Positions 33,459 through 44,895 are shown, numbered from the stretch's first letter. The stretch is DNA of 64,000 bases from Eubacteriales bacterium (GCA_045590615.1 JAZNRH010000099.1:306-64305), one strand, 5' to 3'. A program made the numbers and translations. The notes: generated by a model from the sequence alone, not told the origin.

Positions 33459-35681
33459 TTATGGTTTTCTTATTCTGTTAAGACGTCTGTTAAGTGTAAG
33501 AAGCTCGTCCTTGGTGAAGGCGACGTCAAGCATTGCCACCATCGAGGTTAATCTGAGCAAAGTGAACGAGCCAAGCATCTTGAACATATCTGCGCCCATA
33601 CCCTCGGTTTTTACAGGAAGTGCTTCGTTGATTTTTGAAAAGAACTCTGCCATAACCCTTGCGCCATCGTGACTTGCCAAAATGACCTCAACCTTATCGT
33701 TAAGACTCAGACACCCCTCGGGCTCGGTAATATCAAACCAATTGAGCACAGCGCCCTTTTCTTTTAGAATATAATCCTCGTTTACGCTGTCAACCTTACG
33801 GATTTCTGCACAGTCGCGACAGCTTCCGGCAACAGCCTCAAGCTTTGTTACCCCGACGTTTTCAACCTCGAATTTGAAAAATCTATCCGAAGCCTTCTTC
33901 TTGCCAAGGCTCTTTCCGTTAGCAAAAAGCTCAACGGTATCAAGATTGGAATATACGGTTACAACCGTCGTGTCCTCTACCCTGTCAACGTAGCGCTTGC
34001 CTGCAATATGAACGAAGGGCACAGAAGATAAATGCGCCTTATAGGCATAGAACGAGTCTTTTTTGTACTTTCTGTCAAAGGTAACGAGTCCCTTGTGGTT
34101 TTGTCCGTTCTCTCCACCCTCGGCTCTTGCGTCAGCGCCAAAATCAAACATATTCCAGACGTAAGTCGCCCAGATATATTTTCTTGAAAAGAGCTGTTTT
34201 ATAAGCTCCTCGTGGTAATACGCCTGATATTCCTCGGTATAATCGCCCTGAGTCGGCTTTGAGCTATGCCAATTCAAGCCCTCTGCCCCATATTCCGATA
34301 TAGCAATCGGACGAAGAGGATACTCCTTGTGAAAATTATCAAACCATTCACCGTTCATCGAAGTGTTACCACCGTACCAGCCAAAATAATGATTGTAGGC
34401 AATAAGGTCGGGGATTCCAAGGTATGCATCCTTGATTGAACACATTGTCAGAACAGCCATGGTAGTATATCTCGTGCTGTCAAGCTTATGGGCAAGGTCG
34501 TTGAGTACTCTGTGATTTTCAAGTAGCTCTTCCTTATCGTAGCCACCCATAGTAATTTCGTTTGAAAGACCCCAAAAGCAAATTGAGGGGTGATTGTAAT
34601 TCTGAATAATCAGCTCCTTGAGCTGTGAGACGGTGTTATCAAAGCCGGCAGACAAATGATTTGAAATATAAGGGATTTCTGCCCATACAACCATTCCGTA
34701 TTCATCGCAAAGGTCATAGAAAAACTGGTCGTGCTGATAATGGGCAAGTCTTATAGTATTCGCTCCAAGCTCGCTGATCAGCTCCATATCCTCACGGTGC
34801 TCTTTTTGAGTAATGGCATTACCCATTCCCCATCTGTCCTGATGCCTCGAAACGCCTCTTAAAGCGTATTCGCTTCCGTTGAGTAAAAAACCCCTTTTGG
34901 CGCTGACCTCGAAGGTACGGCAGCCAAATCTTGTCTCAACTGCATCGTAGCTATCGGTACTGTCGAAAAGCGTAGCTCTGGCAGTGTAGAGATAAGGGTC
35001 ATATACACCGTTCCAAAGGTGAGCCTTTTCAATGGGAAGGGTTGCCTTTTTCAATGCCGAATCGTTTGTCTGACTTGCAACGAGCTCGCCACTTGCATCA
35101 TATATTTCAAAAAGAATGTTTTTGTCCTTGACGTCTTCAAGATAGACCTCGATTTCAACCTCTGCCATATCACCGAGCATTTTCGGGGTGACTGCAATTC
35201 CCTGAGAGCCGTGATAATCAAGGTCGAAATGGCATTTTGGCACAGAGATAATTCTCACGTCACGATATATTCCACCGTAAAAGGTGAAGTCTGCCATCTG
35301 TGGATAAACCGAATCGTTTGGCGAATTGTCAACCGATACGGCAACCGTATTATCCTCTTTGAGAAAGGGAGTCATATTGACTCTGAAGGTGGAATATCCA
35401 CCCTCGTGGCATTTGAGCATTTCTCCGTTTATATATATCTTTGCAGTCGAATTTGCTCCGAGGATTTCCAGCCAAAGCTCCTCGCCCTCATAATCAGTTT
35501 TTGAAAAGCTCTTGAAATAAAAGCACTCGCCTCTGTAATAATCATTTCCACCGTCCTGACCGTCAACTGCGTTCCAGGTATGTGGAAGGTTGAGCTTTTC
35601 TCCTTTTGGAAGGTCGGTAAGGCTTTCGGGCTTTTCTTTAGTAAAAATCCAATTGTCGTTAAAGTTAAAAATTCTTCTCAT
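33459..35681 (-). CDS. GH2 glycoside hydrolase, probable beta-glucuronidase with a ~200-aa C-terminal extension
   Basis: GH2 sugar-binding N-terminus, acid/base WGLSNE, nucleophile ISEYGAEG, and N-H-K-G (nt 34089-34100) matching the glucuronate-specific N-x-K-G of E. coli GUS (GNKKGIFTRDRKPK vs QNHKGLVTFDRKYK). Confidence 0.75.
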   Translation of the reverse strand: MRRIFNFNDNWIFTKEKPESLTDLPKGEKLNLPHTWNAVDGQDGGNDYYRGECFYFKSFSKTDYEGEELWLEILGANSTAKIYINGEMLKCHEGGYSTFRVNMTPFLKEDNTVAVSVDNSPNDSVYPQMADFTFYGGIYRDVRIISVPKCHFDLDYHGSQGIAVTPKMLGDMAEVEIEVYLEDVKDKNILFEIYDASGELVASQTNDSALKKATLPIEKAHLWNGVYDPYLYTARATLFDSTDSYDAVETRFGCRTFEVSAKRGFLLNGSEYALRGVSRHQDRWGMGNAITQKEHREDMELISELGANTIRLAHYQHDQFFYDLCDEYGMVVWAEIPYISNHLSAGFDNTVSQLKELIIQNYNHPSICFWGLSNEITMGGYDKEELLENHRVLNDLAHKLDSTRYTTMAVLTMCSIKDAYLGIPDLIAYNHYFGWYGGNTSMNGEWFDNFHKEYPLRPIAISEYGAEGLNWHSSKPTQGDYTEEYQAYYHEELIKQLFSRKYIWATYVWNMFDFGADARAEGGENGQNHKGLVTFDRKYKKDSFYAYKAHLSSVPFVHIAGKRYVDRVEDTTVVTVYSNLDTVELFANGKSLGKKKASDRFFKFEVENVGVTKLEAVAGSCRDCAEIRKVDSVNEDYILKEKGAVLNWFDITEPEGCLSLNDKVEVILASHDGARVMAEFFSKINEALPVKTEGMGADMFKMLGSFTLLRLTSMVAMLDVAFTKDELLTLNRRLNRIRKP

Positions 35682-35841
35682 TTTTCTCCTTTACGCAACG
35701 GAAAACCGTTACAATTATACTTTATTTTTTTCTGCAAGTCAAGTGTAGTTTGTCCTGAAATACAAAATTTAACCTGATTTGTATTTTTTATTGAATTCGG
35801 GGAATTTATAAAGGTGAAAAACAAAAAGAAAGGACAATGTT

Positions 35842-37221
35842 ATGAACAACACAAAGCCATTTGGCATAAAAGATAAAATCGGCTACTTACTCGGTGATTT
35901 TGGAAACGATTTTACCTTCCTCATCTCCTCTTCATTCCTGCTGAAATTCTATACCGACGTTATGGGAATTGACGGATATATAGTAGGTATAGTTATGATG
36001 GTAGCTCGATTTGTCGATGCCTTTACCGACGTTATTATGGGTAGAATTTGCGACAAAAGCCGTATTACCCCCGTCGGAAAATTCAAGCCCTGGCTCAGAC
36101 GTATGTGCGCCCCCGTCGCAATTTCTTCCTTCCTTATATATCAAAGCGCCTTTGCCTCCTATTCCACAACCTTCAAGGTTGTCTGGCTCTTCGTAACCTA
36201 TATTCTTTGGGGCTCGATTTTCTACACATCTATTAATATTCCCTACGGCTCAATGGCTTCTGCCATATCAGCCGAGCCCTCCGACCGTCAATCGCTTTCC
36301 ACCTTCAGAACAATGGGTGGTGCATTGGCAGGCTTGATTGTAGGTGCAGGTATTCCTCTTTTCGCGTATAACACCGTCGACGGAAAAAGCATTCTTGACG
36401 GTACGAAATTCACTTTGATTGCAGGTATTTTCTCTATTCTCGCCGTACTTTCTTATATTGGCTGCTACTACCTTACAACAGAGCGTGTCAAGGTAGATAA
36501 CTCATCTGCAGAGTCAAATGAGCCCTTCTTTGCGATATTCAAAAAAGCCTTTACCAACAAGGCGCTCATCTCCATCATCGTTGCCTCGGTTGTAATGCTG
36601 GTGGCACAGCTGACCATGCAGTCAATGTCCAATTATATTTACCCGAATTACTACGGAAACGCACGACTGCAAACGGTATCAACAATTATGATGATGGTGG
36701 GTATGGTAGTGTCGGCAAGTGTAGCAAAGCCTCTGGCAAAAAGATTTGGCAAAGCCGAGGTAAGCGCAGTGGCAAATCTCTTGGCAGGTCTTATAACACT
36801 CTCGCTCTTCTTTATCCGACCACAAAACGTTTGGGGTTATATCTTTATTACCTTCTTTGCGTGGTTGGGGCTTGGAATATTCTCAATGGTTTCCTGGGCG
36901 CTCATAACCGACGTAATAGACTACTCCGAAATAAAAAACGGCAAGCGTGAGGACGGCTCGATTTACGCTCTGTATTCTTTTGCAAGAAAGCTCGGTCAGG
37001 CAGCTGCAGCAGGACTTGCCGGCTCACTCCTTACAGCTATAGGATACAGCGAAGCTACTGCCTTCGACCCTGATATTCTTGACGGAATTTTCAATATTGC
37101 AACTATAGTCCCGTCGATTGGATTTATACTGCTCGCCATCGTTTTGTGGTTCTGGTATCCACTGCACAAAAAGGTGGTTGATGAAAACGTGAGAATTCTC
37201 AAAGAAAAACACGACAAGTAA
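35842..37221 (+). CDS. Glycoside-pentoside-hexuronide (GPH):cation symporter
   Basis: 12-TM MFS-like protein. N-terminal KIGYLLGDFGNDF and DAFTDVIMGRICD are typical GPH (MelB/UidB/YicJ) motifs. Confidence 0.85.
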   Translation: MNNTKPFGIKDKIGYLLGDFGNDFTFLISSSFLLKFYTDVMGIDGYIVGIVMMVARFVDAFTDVIMGRICDKSRITPVGKFKPWLRRMCAPVAISSFLIYQSAFASYSTTFKVVWLFVTYILWGSIFYTSINIPYGSMASAISAEPSDRQSLSTFRTMGGALAGLIVGAGIPLFAYNTVDGKSILDGTKFTLIAGIFSILAVLSYIGCYYLTTERVKVDNSSAESNEPFFAIFKKAFTNKALISIIVASVVMLVAQLTMQSMSNYIYPNYYGNARLQTVSTIMMMVGMVVSASVAKPLAKRFGKAEVSAVANLLAGLITLSLFFIRPQNVWGYIFITFFAWLGLGIFSMVSWALITDVIDYSEIKNGKREDGSIYALYSFARKLGQAAAAGLAGSLLTAIGYSEATAFDPDILDGIFNIATIVPSIGFILLAIVLWFWYPLHKKVVDENVRILKEKHDK

Positions 37222-37270
37222 ACGGATATGTAAAAAAAGCAGGTTTCGCCTTTCTCTGATTTATATGGAA

Positions 37271-37305
37271 AAAGAGGAAAATCCAACGGATTTCCCTCTT
37301 TTTCT
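37271..37305. terminator. Bidirectional terminator between the GPH gene and metA
   Basis: agaggaaaatcc (37273-37284) / ggatttccctct (37288-37299), 11 of 12 bp, then ttttct. A T-run is also present on the other strand. Confidence 0.6.
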
Positions 37306-37323
37306 ATTTCTTTATATTGATTG

Positions 37324-38238
37324 TCAAATCTCGTCAATATTATATGGGGTAGTCTGATATACGAAATAATTGAGCCAATTTGAAAAGAGCAAATTTGCGT
37401 GTGCACGCCACTTAACAACAGGTGCAAGAGTATCGTCGTCGTGTGGAAAATAATTCTCGGGCACTTTAATCTCAAGGCCTGCATTTTTATCTCTGAGATA
37501 TTCGTTCTTGAGAGTTTCTGCATCGTACTCCGAATGTCCCGTAACGAAAATCTGACGTCCACCCTCGGTCATACAGCAATGAAGCCCTGCCTTGTCGGAC
37601 AAGGTAAGAATTTTGAGCTCGGGGTGACGGCGCACCTCTTCAACGTCTACGGTTGTATGCCTTGAATGAGGAACGTAAAACTCGTCATCGACGCCCCTGA
37701 AAAGTATGGCGTTCTTGTGTACTACCTTATGAGGAAATACACCAAAGAGCTTTTCCTTCAAGGGCTTCTTATCTATCCCGTAATGATAATAAAGTCCTGC
37801 CTGAGCGCCCCAGCATATATGGAGAGTGCTGGTTACGTGTGTTTTTGACCACTCCATAATCTCACAGAGCTCATTCCAATAATTCACTTCCTCAAAGGGC
37901 ATCTGCTCAACAGGCGCACCCGTTATTATCATACCGTCATATTTCTTGTGCTTTATTTCATCGAACACCTTGTAAAAAGCTAAAAGGTGGTCGGACGGGG
38001 TATGCGTTGACTTATGAGTCGAGGTCTGCAAAAAATCAAGCTCTACCTGAAGAGGAGTATTGCCGAGCAGTCTTGCAAACTGCGTTTCGGTCACAATTTT
38101 TGTGGGCATAAGGTTGAGAAGTAAAATCTGCAACGGACGAATATCCTGCGTCAGAGCTCTCGTCTCGGTCATTACGAAAATGTTTTCGTCAATGAGCGTC
38201 TGAGTAGCAGGTAACGTATTAGGTATTCTGATTGGCAT
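37324..38238 (-). CDS. metA: Homoserine O-acyltransferase (MetA family)
   Basis: [11 protein letters not shown]...ILNLMP, ITGAPVE, CWGAQA, HSRH motifs of MetA. Confidence 0.9.
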   Translation of the reverse strand: MPIRIPNTLPATQTLIDENIFVMTETRALTQDIRPLQILLLNLMPTKIVTETQFARLLGNTPLQVELDFLQTSTHKSTHTPSDHLLAFYKVFDEIKHKKYDGMIITGAPVEQMPFEEVNYWNELCEIMEWSKTHVTSTLHICWGAQAGLYYHYGIDKKPLKEKLFGVFPHKVVHKNAILFRGVDDEFYVPHSRHTTVDVEEVRRHPELKILTLSDKAGLHCCMTEGGRQIFVTGHSEYDAETLKNEYLRDKNAGLEIKVPENYFPHDDDTLAPVVKWRAHANLLFSNWLNYFVYQTTPYNIDEI

Positions 38239-38240
38239 TA

Positions 38241-39530
38241 TTATTCACCGACCTTTTCGAGTGCCTGAGCGATATCTGCAATAAGGTCATCTGCATTTTC
38301 AAGTCCGACGGAAAGTCTTACGAGGTCGGGAGATACTCCTGCAGCCTCAAGCTCAGCGTCGTTCATCTGACGGTGTGTAGCCGATGCAGGATGCAGACAA
38401 CAGGTCTTGGCATCTGCAACGTGAGTTTCAATAGCTGCAAGGCGAAGGTTCTTCATAAAGAGCTCTGCCGCCTTTCTGCCACCCTTTACTCCAAAGCTTA
38501 CTACGCCGCAAGAGCCAAGTGGGAGATATTTCTGAGCCAGAGCGTAATCCTTGTCCGACTTGAGTCCACTGTACTTGACCCATGAAATCTTGGGGTTAGC
38601 TTCGAGAAATTCTGCAATCTTCAATGCGTTGTAGCAATGGCGCTCCATTCTTACGTGGAGACTTTCTATTCCAAGGTTCAAGATGTAAGCGTTCTGTGGC
38701 GACTGAATTGAGCCGAAGTCACGCATAAGCTGAGCCGTAGCCTTAGTGATAAACGCGCCCTCAAGTCCAAATCTCTCGGTATAGGTCACTCCGTGATAGC
38801 TGTCGTCGGGTGTGCAAAGTCCGGGGAACTTATCGGGATACTTGGTCCAATCAAATTTACCACTGTCAACTATACAGCCACCTACTCCTGCACCGTGACC
38901 GTCAAGGTACTTGGTAGTCGAGTGAGTAACGATGTCTGCTCCGAACTCGAAGGGACGACAAAGGAATGGAGTTGCAAAGGTGTTGTCTATGATAAGTGGT
39001 ACACCGTGAGAATGCGCAGCGTTTGCAAATCTTTCGATGTCAAGAACAACGAGGGCGGGATTTGCAATTGTTTCGCCAAAAACAGCCTTGGTATTAGGAC
39101 GGAACGCCTTTTCAAGCTCCTCGTCGGTACAATAAGGAGAAACAAAGGTAAAATCAATTCCCATTCTCTTCATGGTAACCGAGAAAAGATTGAAGGTGCC
39201 ACCGTAAATCGTAGATGCAGCGACGATGTGATCTCCACAAGAAGCGATATTGAATATCGAATAAAAGTTAGCTGCCTGACCCGATGAGGTGAGCATTGCA
39301 GCAGTACCACCCTCAAGGTCTGCGAGCTTCTTTGCTACGTAGTCATTGGTGGGATTCTGAAGTCTGGTGTAAAAATAACCACTTGCTTCGAGGTCGAAAA
39401 GCTTTCCCATATCCTCGCTGGTATCGTACTTGAAGGTCGTGCTCTGGATAATCGGGATTTGTCTGGGCTCTCCGTTTCCGGGAACGTAGCCCGACTGAAT
39501 ACATTTAGTTTCAATTTTATAATTTGACAT
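38241..39530 (-). CDS. metY: O-acetylhomoserine aminocarboxypropyltransferase / sulfhydrylase
   Basis: Cys/Met-metabolism PLP enzyme. [11 protein letters not shown] lysine motif. Start at ATG 39530 with GGAGG RBS. Confidence 0.9.
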   Translation of the reverse strand: MSNYKIETKCIQSGYVPGNGEPRQIPIIQSTTFKYDTSEDMGKLFDLEASGYFYTRLQNPTNDYVAKKLADLEGGTAAMLTSSGQAANFYSIFNIASCGDHIVAASTIYGGTFNLFSVTMKRMGIDFTFVSPYCTDEELEKAFRPNTKAVFGETIANPALVVLDIERFANAAHSHGVPLIIDNTFATPFLCRPFEFGADIVTHSTTKYLDGHGAGVGGCIVDSGKFDWTKYPDKFPGLCTPDDSYHGVTYTERFGLEGAFITKATAQLMRDFGSIQSPQNAYILNLGIESLHVRMERHCYNALKIAEFLEANPKISWVKYSGLKSDKDYALAQKYLPLGSCGVVSFGVKGGRKAAELFMKNLRLAAIETHVADAKTCCLHPASATHRQMNDAELEAAGVSPDLVRLSVGLENADDLIADIAQALEKVGE

Positions 39531-39548
39531 ATTTACCTCCAATTTAAC

Positions 39549-39575
39549 AAAAAAGACAGAGAGCCAATCTCTGCC
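39549..39575 (-). terminator. Terminator after the yitT-like gene
   Basis: On - strand: GGCAGAGA / UCUCUGUC stem with 5-nt loop, then UUUUUU. Confidence 0.6.
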
Positions 39576-39630
39576 TTTTGCTCTTTATTACAATGAATTT
39601 TAACACAAAATAATTGCGTTGTCAAGATAT

Positions 39631-40476
39631 TTATCTATATACGTAAAAGCCATTTCCAACAATCTGCTGTGACTCGGAATATATTATAAACACGTTGGGG
39701 TCAAATTTTTCTATTCTGTGTTGGAATTTGGGGATTTCGGAATTTTTCAGGGCACAAATAAGCACCTGTCTGTCCTCTCCCGTATAAGCGCCCTTCGCCT
39801 TGATAAGCGTAACTCCTCTTGGCGAATTTGACACGAGCAGTCTTGAAAGGTCGTCACCCTTTGAGGTTATTACAAAGGCGAGCTTTGATATATTCATCTT
39901 TGAAATAAGAAAATCTACTGCAAAGGTGGAAATTGCAAGGGCAATAATGCCAAACAGAGCAAGGTTTATTTCCTTGAATGCAATAAGCGAAATCAGAATT
40001 ATTGTGCCGTCAACGAACAAGAGCAGTCTGCCTATTGCTATACTCGGATTGAAGTGCTGAATTATACGGGCAGCAATATCCGTACCCCCTGTAGATGCAC
40101 CCGACAAAAAGGCGATACCTATTCCACAACCGTAAAAGACAGAGCCGAACACCGTTGCAAGAAAGGGCTCGGTGGTAATGGGAGGAAGGTAGGACAAAAG
40201 CTGTACGAAAAGCGAAAGAGAGCCTGCACCTATAAGAGTATTCAAAACGAATTTCTTTCCGAGTATAAAGAACGCTGCAAACAATAATACTATATTAAGA
40301 AGACCGTAGGTAAGACCCGGCTGAATACCCATAGAATGAAACAAAACCGTAGCAAGACCCGACACGCCACCACTTACGATTTTTGCAGGAATATAAAAAA
40401 GAGATACCCCCACAGACGTAATAAAAGAACCCAGCACTGTTAACAGCAATGACTTTATATAATTTTTTTTAATCAT
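39631..40476 (-). CDS. YitT-family membrane protein (DUF161 repeats plus DUF2179)
   Basis: Pattern GSFITSVGVSLFYIPAKIVSGGVSGLA and a second GGTD-containing repeat, with a soluble C-terminal domain. Confidence 0.8.
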   Translation of the reverse strand: MIKKNYIKSLLLTVLGSFITSVGVSLFYIPAKIVSGGVSGLATVLFHSMGIQPGLTYGLLNIVLLFAAFFILGKKFVLNTLIGAGSLSLFVQLLSYLPPITTEPFLATVFGSVFYGCGIGIAFLSGASTGGTDIAARIIQHFNPSIAIGRLLLFVDGTIILISLIAFKEINLALFGIIALAISTFAVDFLISKMNISKLAFVITSKGDDLSRLLVSNSPRGVTLIKAKGAYTGEDRQVLICALKNSEIPKFQHRIEKFDPNVFIIYSESQQIVGNGFYVYR

Positions 40477-40658
40477 AAGACCACCATTTGCAAATACAAT
40501 TAATGTTATCGCTTACATTGTACAACTTAATTGAGAAATATTCAAGTGCTAAAGAAAAATTATTTCTTTTTTTGCAAAGATTTTACATACCCTCACGGTT
40601 TCGAGCATTTTTTTACACACCGTAATATAAAATCAAAAGTGTTGAAAGGAGTGGTATT

Positions 40659-42545
40659 ATGAAAAATCCAAACACAAATCCTGACGCCTACTATTTCCAC
40701 CAGGGTACGAGCACAAAAGCGTATGAATACCTCGGAGTACACCCCGACGAAAAGGGCTTTTGCTTCAGAGTATGGGCGCCAAATGCCGATAGTGTTGCTC
40801 TGATAGGAGATTTTAACAATTGGCAGTGCGACAGCCTTTTTATGAAGAAAATCACCCCTAACGGCATCTGGGAAATCGTCTGCGACAATGCTAAAGAGGG
40901 CGACAGATACAAGTACCACATAAGAAAAGGCTCAAAGGAAGCCTATAAAGCCGACCCTTACGGCTTTTACGCAGAATTGCCACCTGCCACTGCGAGCATA
41001 ATTTATAACCTTCCATCATATAATTGGCGGGATGATGGGTATATTAAATATAGAAAAAAGCGCTACACGAGAGAAAAGGTCATCTCCTCTCCACTCAATA
41101 TATACGAGGTGCATTTATCCTCGTGGAAGAGACACGACGACTCATCGCCACTCAGCTACAGTGAGCTTGCCGATGAGCTGTCGGTTTATGCAAAGCAGAT
41201 GGGCTACACTCACGTTGAGCTGATGCCGATTGCCGAGCACCCCTTCGACGGTTCCTGGGGGTATCAAATCTGTGGCTACTACGCCCCCACCTCTCGCTTT
41301 GGCACACCCCTTGATTTTATGAAATTCGTGGACAAGCTGCACGAGGCAGGACTCGGAGTGATCGTGGATTGGGTGCCTGCTCATTTTCCAAAGGACGCTC
41401 ACGGGCTTTATGAATTTGATACGGGACTGCTTTACGAATATCAGGGGTGGGACAGAATTGAGCACCAGGCATGGGGCACACGGCGCTTTGACGTAGGGCG
41501 CGAGGAGGTACAAAGCTTTCTTGTGTCAAACGCTTATTATTGGATAGAAAAATACCATATAGACGGAATAAGAGTGGATGCCGTAGCCTCTATGCTATAC
41601 CTCGACTACGACAAAAAGCCTGACGAATGGGTGGCGAACATCTACGGTGAAAACAAATGCCTTGAAGCCATCAGCTTTTTTCAAAAGCTCAACGGTATGC
41701 TATCGAAGGAGCATCCCGACGTTATGATAATTGCCGAGGAATCTACGGCTATGTCAAACGTAACGGGATTTGAAAACAACGGGCTGGGCTTTACTCTCAA
41801 ATGGAATATGGGCTGGATGAACGACACCCTCTCCTACGCAGAGGTGGATCCGATTTTTAAGAAATACCATCACAACAAGCTCAACTTCTCGCTCTCCTAC
41901 GCTTTCTCTGAAAACTATATACTGCCTATTTCTCACGATGAGGTCGTACACGGCAAAAAAACGCTATTGGACAGAATGGTAGGAAATTACGATGAAAAAT
42001 TTGCCTCAACAAGAGCCTTTTTGGCATATATGATGACACACCCGGGAAAAAAGCTACTGTTTATGGGCTGTGAAATCGGGCAATTTGCCGAGTGGGATTA
42101 CAAGGGAAGCGTAGAATGGTTTTTGACCGATTATGAAAGGCACGCTCAGCTTCAGCAATACGTGGCAGAGCTCAACCACCTATATCTTGCTTACCCTCAG
42201 CTTTGGGAGCTTGACGGTAGCTGGGAGGGCTTTGAATGGATTGACCCCGACAATGCCGAAGGAAGCGTTATTTCCTATCGCAGAAAGGACAAAAAAGGCA
42301 GAGAGCTTGCCGTAATTATAAATTTCACCCCCGTCGATTACCCGGAATTTTTATTGGGTGTACCCAAGGGGAATTGGAAGGAAATTTTCAACAGTGACGA
42401 CCAACGCTACGGTGGTATGGGAAGAACTAACGACGGTGCACTAAAGCTGTGCGAGTGCTTGCTTGGCAGCTATTCTCAGGCGATAAAAATAAAGCTTCCA
42501 CCGTTGTCGGCAATAATTTTCAAATGCACGAGAAAAAATAAATAA
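40659..42545 (+). CDS. glgB: 1,4-alpha-glucan branching enzyme
   Basis: GH13 catalytic blocks DWVPAHF, GIRVDAVASM, IAEEST, SHDEV. N-terminal CBM48-like region. Confidence 0.95.
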   Translation: MKNPNTNPDAYYFHQGTSTKAYEYLGVHPDEKGFCFRVWAPNADSVALIGDFNNWQCDSLFMKKITPNGIWEIVCDNAKEGDRYKYHIRKGSKEAYKADPYGFYAELPPATASIIYNLPSYNWRDDGYIKYRKKRYTREKVISSPLNIYEVHLSSWKRHDDSSPLSYSELADELSVYAKQMGYTHVELMPIAEHPFDGSWGYQICGYYAPTSRFGTPLDFMKFVDKLHEAGLGVIVDWVPAHFPKDAHGLYEFDTGLLYEYQGWDRIEHQAWGTRRFDVGREEVQSFLVSNAYYWIEKYHIDGIRVDAVASMLYLDYDKKPDEWVANIYGENKCLEAISFFQKLNGMLSKEHPDVMIIAEESTAMSNVTGFENNGLGFTLKWNMGWMNDTLSYAEVDPIFKKYHHNKLNFSLSYAFSENYILPISHDEVVHGKKTLLDRMVGNYDEKFASTRAFLAYMMTHPGKKLLFMGCEIGQFAEWDYKGSVEWFLTDYERHAQLQQYVAELNHLYLAYPQLWELDGSWEGFEWIDPDNAEGSVISYRRKDKKGRELAVIINFTPVDYPEFLLGVPKGNWKEIFNSDDQRYGGMGRTNDGALKLCECLLGSYSQAIKIKLPPLSAIIFKCTRKNK

Positions 42546-42560
42546 ATTCTGGAGGAGAAT

Positions 42561-43736
42561 ATGTACAAAAAGAAAGAATGTGTTGTAATGCTTCTTGCAG
42601 GTGGACAGGGAAGCCGTCTGTACACCCTGACAAAAAAGACTGCCAAGCCGTCGGTATCCTATGGTGGCAAATATAAAATTATAGATTTTCCTCTCTCAAA
42701 CTGCGTGAACTCCGGGCTTGATACGGTGGGAGTACTCACCCAATATCAGCCCTTGTACCTGAATGACTACATAGGTACGGGTCTTCCCTGGGATTTGGAC
42801 AGAACCTTTGGTGGAGTAAAGATACTCCCTCCTTACCAAAGGCAAAACGGTTCTGATTGGTACAAGGGCACAGCAAACGCAATATGGCAAAATATGGAGT
42901 TTATCAACCGTTACAATGCAGAGCTCGTTCTGATTTTGTCGGGAGACCATATCTACAAAATGGACTATGCAAAAATGCTTGATTTTCATAAAAAGAGTGG
43001 CGCTGTCTGTACAATCTCGGTAATAGACGTGCCCATTGAAGAGGCGAGCAGATTTGGAATTATGTCACTCAATCCCGACGGCTCAATTTATAAATTCACC
43101 GAAAAGCCTCAAAACCCCGACAGCACCAAGGCATCGATGGGAATATACGTTTTCAACCGAGCTACCCTTGAGAGCTATCTTGCCTCGGACTCACTCGATG
43201 CAAACAGCGACAATGATTTCGGTAAAAATATAATCCCTAAAATGCTTGATGCAGGAGAAAAAATGTTTGCATATTCCTTTGACGGATATTGGAAGGACGT
43301 CGGTACAATTCCGTCACTTTGGGAAGCTAATATGGACCTGCTTGGAAATACTCCGGAGCTCACCCTCGACGACGAGGGGTGGAGAATATATTCTCGTCAG
43401 ACTGCATCTGCGCCACAATACCTCGGTGAAAATGCCACGATTATAAATACCACTATGACTGCAGGCTGTGAGGTCTACGGAAGCGTAAAAAACAGCGTTC
43501 TCGGAAATAACGTAAGAGTGGAAGAAGGGGCTGTAATCGAAAACAGCGTAATTATGGACAACGTCACAATCGGCTCGGGTACAAGGGTGGAATACGCTAT
43601 AATTGACTCGGGTGTCACAACGGGAGCTGACTGCGAAATAGGACTCGGAGGCACACCCGACTCGATTACGGTAATCGGTGCTGACACGGTGCTTAGTGAT
43701 AAAAGCGTTATTAAATCGGGAGATATGATTTCTTAA
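42561..43736 (+). CDS. glgC: Glucose-1-phosphate adenylyltransferase
   Basis: [17 protein letters not shown]-terminal left-handed beta-helix repeats. Confidence 0.95.
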   Translation: MYKKKECVVMLLAGGQGSRLYTLTKKTAKPSVSYGGKYKIIDFPLSNCVNSGLDTVGVLTQYQPLYLNDYIGTGLPWDLDRTFGGVKILPPYQRQNGSDWYKGTANAIWQNMEFINRYNAELVLILSGDHIYKMDYAKMLDFHKKSGAVCTISVIDVPIEEASRFGIMSLNPDGSIYKFTEKPQNPDSTKASMGIYVFNRATLESYLASDSLDANSDNDFGKNIIPKMLDAGEKMFAYSFDGYWKDVGTIPSLWEANMDLLGNTPELTLDDEGWRIYSRQTASAPQYLGENATIINTTMTAGCEVYGSVKNSVLGNNVRVEEGAVIENSVIMDNVTIGSGTRVEYAIIDSGVTTGADCEIGLGGTPDSITVIGADTVLSDKSVIKSGDMIS

Positions 43737-43747
43737 GGAGGAGAAAA

Positions 43748-44881
43748 ATGAACGTTGCAGGACTTATTTTTTCAAGCTTTCACGGTACGGGAATTCCCGA
43801 AATGACAAGATTTCGCACAATGGCAAGTATACCCTTTGGCTGTCGTTATCGGCTTGTGGACTTTGCTCTTTCAAATATGGTTAATTCCAACATTACAAAT
43901 ATCGGTATAATAACCCACTACAACTACCGTTCACTGCTCGAACATATAGGAACGGGAAAAGATTGGGATCTGGCAAGGCGCTCGGGTGGTATAAAGGTGA
44001 TTCCCCCCTACGTCACAGCCTACGAAACACCTATTGCCAAACAGCTATATGAGGGCAGGCTCGAGGCAATAATCAACGCAAAAAGCTTTATCAACAGCTC
44101 GGGCGCCGACTACGTAGTGCTTTCCGACTGCGACGTAATCCTCAACGTTGATTTAACTAAGATAATAAGAGAGCATATAAACTCAGGCGCTTATATAACA
44201 ATCGTAACAAAAAAAATAACTGCAAGAGATGCTGACTTTGACTCGGACGTAAAGGTGGTTTCAATCGGAGAAAACAATGCCGTCACCGATATTGCAAGCT
44301 ACAAGCCTAAAAACTCAGAGGTCAATATAAGCACTAACGTTATGGTTATTTCAAAAACCGACCTTCAGGATATAATAGATGACTCGGTTGCTCACGGCTA
44401 CAAGGACTTCACACGTGACGTTATTCGCCGACGTATGAAAAAGAAGCTCATCAGAGCATACGAATACGACGGCTGGTATGCCCGTATTTCCTCGCTTGAA
44501 AGCTATTTCGACGTGTCTATGAAGCTTCTTGACACGGTGGCAAGAGATGGGCTTTTTGGCAACAAGGACAGAAAAATCTATACCAGACTGAGAAACTCTG
44601 CTCCTGCAAGATATACTGCAGATGCAAAAGTCAAGCGCTCGTTGATTGCAGACGGTTGTGTAGTTGAGGGAGAGGTTGAAAATTCAATTCTGTTCAGAGG
44701 CGTTCACGTTGCCAAGGGAAGCGTTGTCAAAAACTGTATTCTCCTTCAAGACACCCACGTTGGATGCAACGCAAATATAAGCTGTGTCATTGCCGACAAA
44801 AACGTTGTTATCAAGCCCAACAGAATACTCTCAGGTCACAATACGATGCCCTTCTTCATATCGAAGGGTGCAACGGTTTGA
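43748..44881 (+). CDS. glgD: Glucose-1-phosphate adenylyltransferase subunit GlgD
   Basis: GlgC paralog lacking the GGxGxRL loop, located immediately after glgC as in Bacillus and Clostridia. Confidence 0.9.
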   Translation: MNVAGLIFSSFHGTGIPEMTRFRTMASIPFGCRYRLVDFALSNMVNSNITNIGIITHYNYRSLLEHIGTGKDWDLARRSGGIKVIPPYVTAYETPIAKQLYEGRLEAIINAKSFINSSGADYVVLSDCDVILNVDLTKIIREHINSGAYITIVTKKITARDADFDSDVKVVSIGENNAVTDIASYKPKNSEVNISTNVMVISKTDLQDIIDDSVAHGYKDFTRDVIRRRMKKKLIRAYEYDGWYARISSLESYFDVSMKLLDTVARDGLFGNKDRKIYTRLRNSAPARYTADAKVKRSLIADGCVVEGEVENSILFRGVHVAKGSVVKNCILLQDTHVGCNANISCVIADKNVVIKPNRILSGHNTMPFFISKGATV

Positions 44882-44895
44882 CAGAAAGGAAAAAC

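Noticed and set aside
36996-37562. 188-aa minus-strand ORF spanning the GPH transporter 3' end, the terminator and the metA 3' end
   Set aside because: It crosses a bidirectional terminator and overlaps two confident genes out of frame. No motif was recognised.
39531-39630. SAM (S-box) riboswitch or T-box leader upstream of metY-metA
   Set aside because: Only ~100 nt are available, and they are largely occupied by the terminator of the upstream yitT-like gene. No S-box or T-box conserved elements were recognised.
40593-40919. 108-aa and 76-aa minus-strand ORFs overlapping the glgB start
   Set aside because: They are antisense to the conserved glgB N-terminus and its RBS, with no features of their own.
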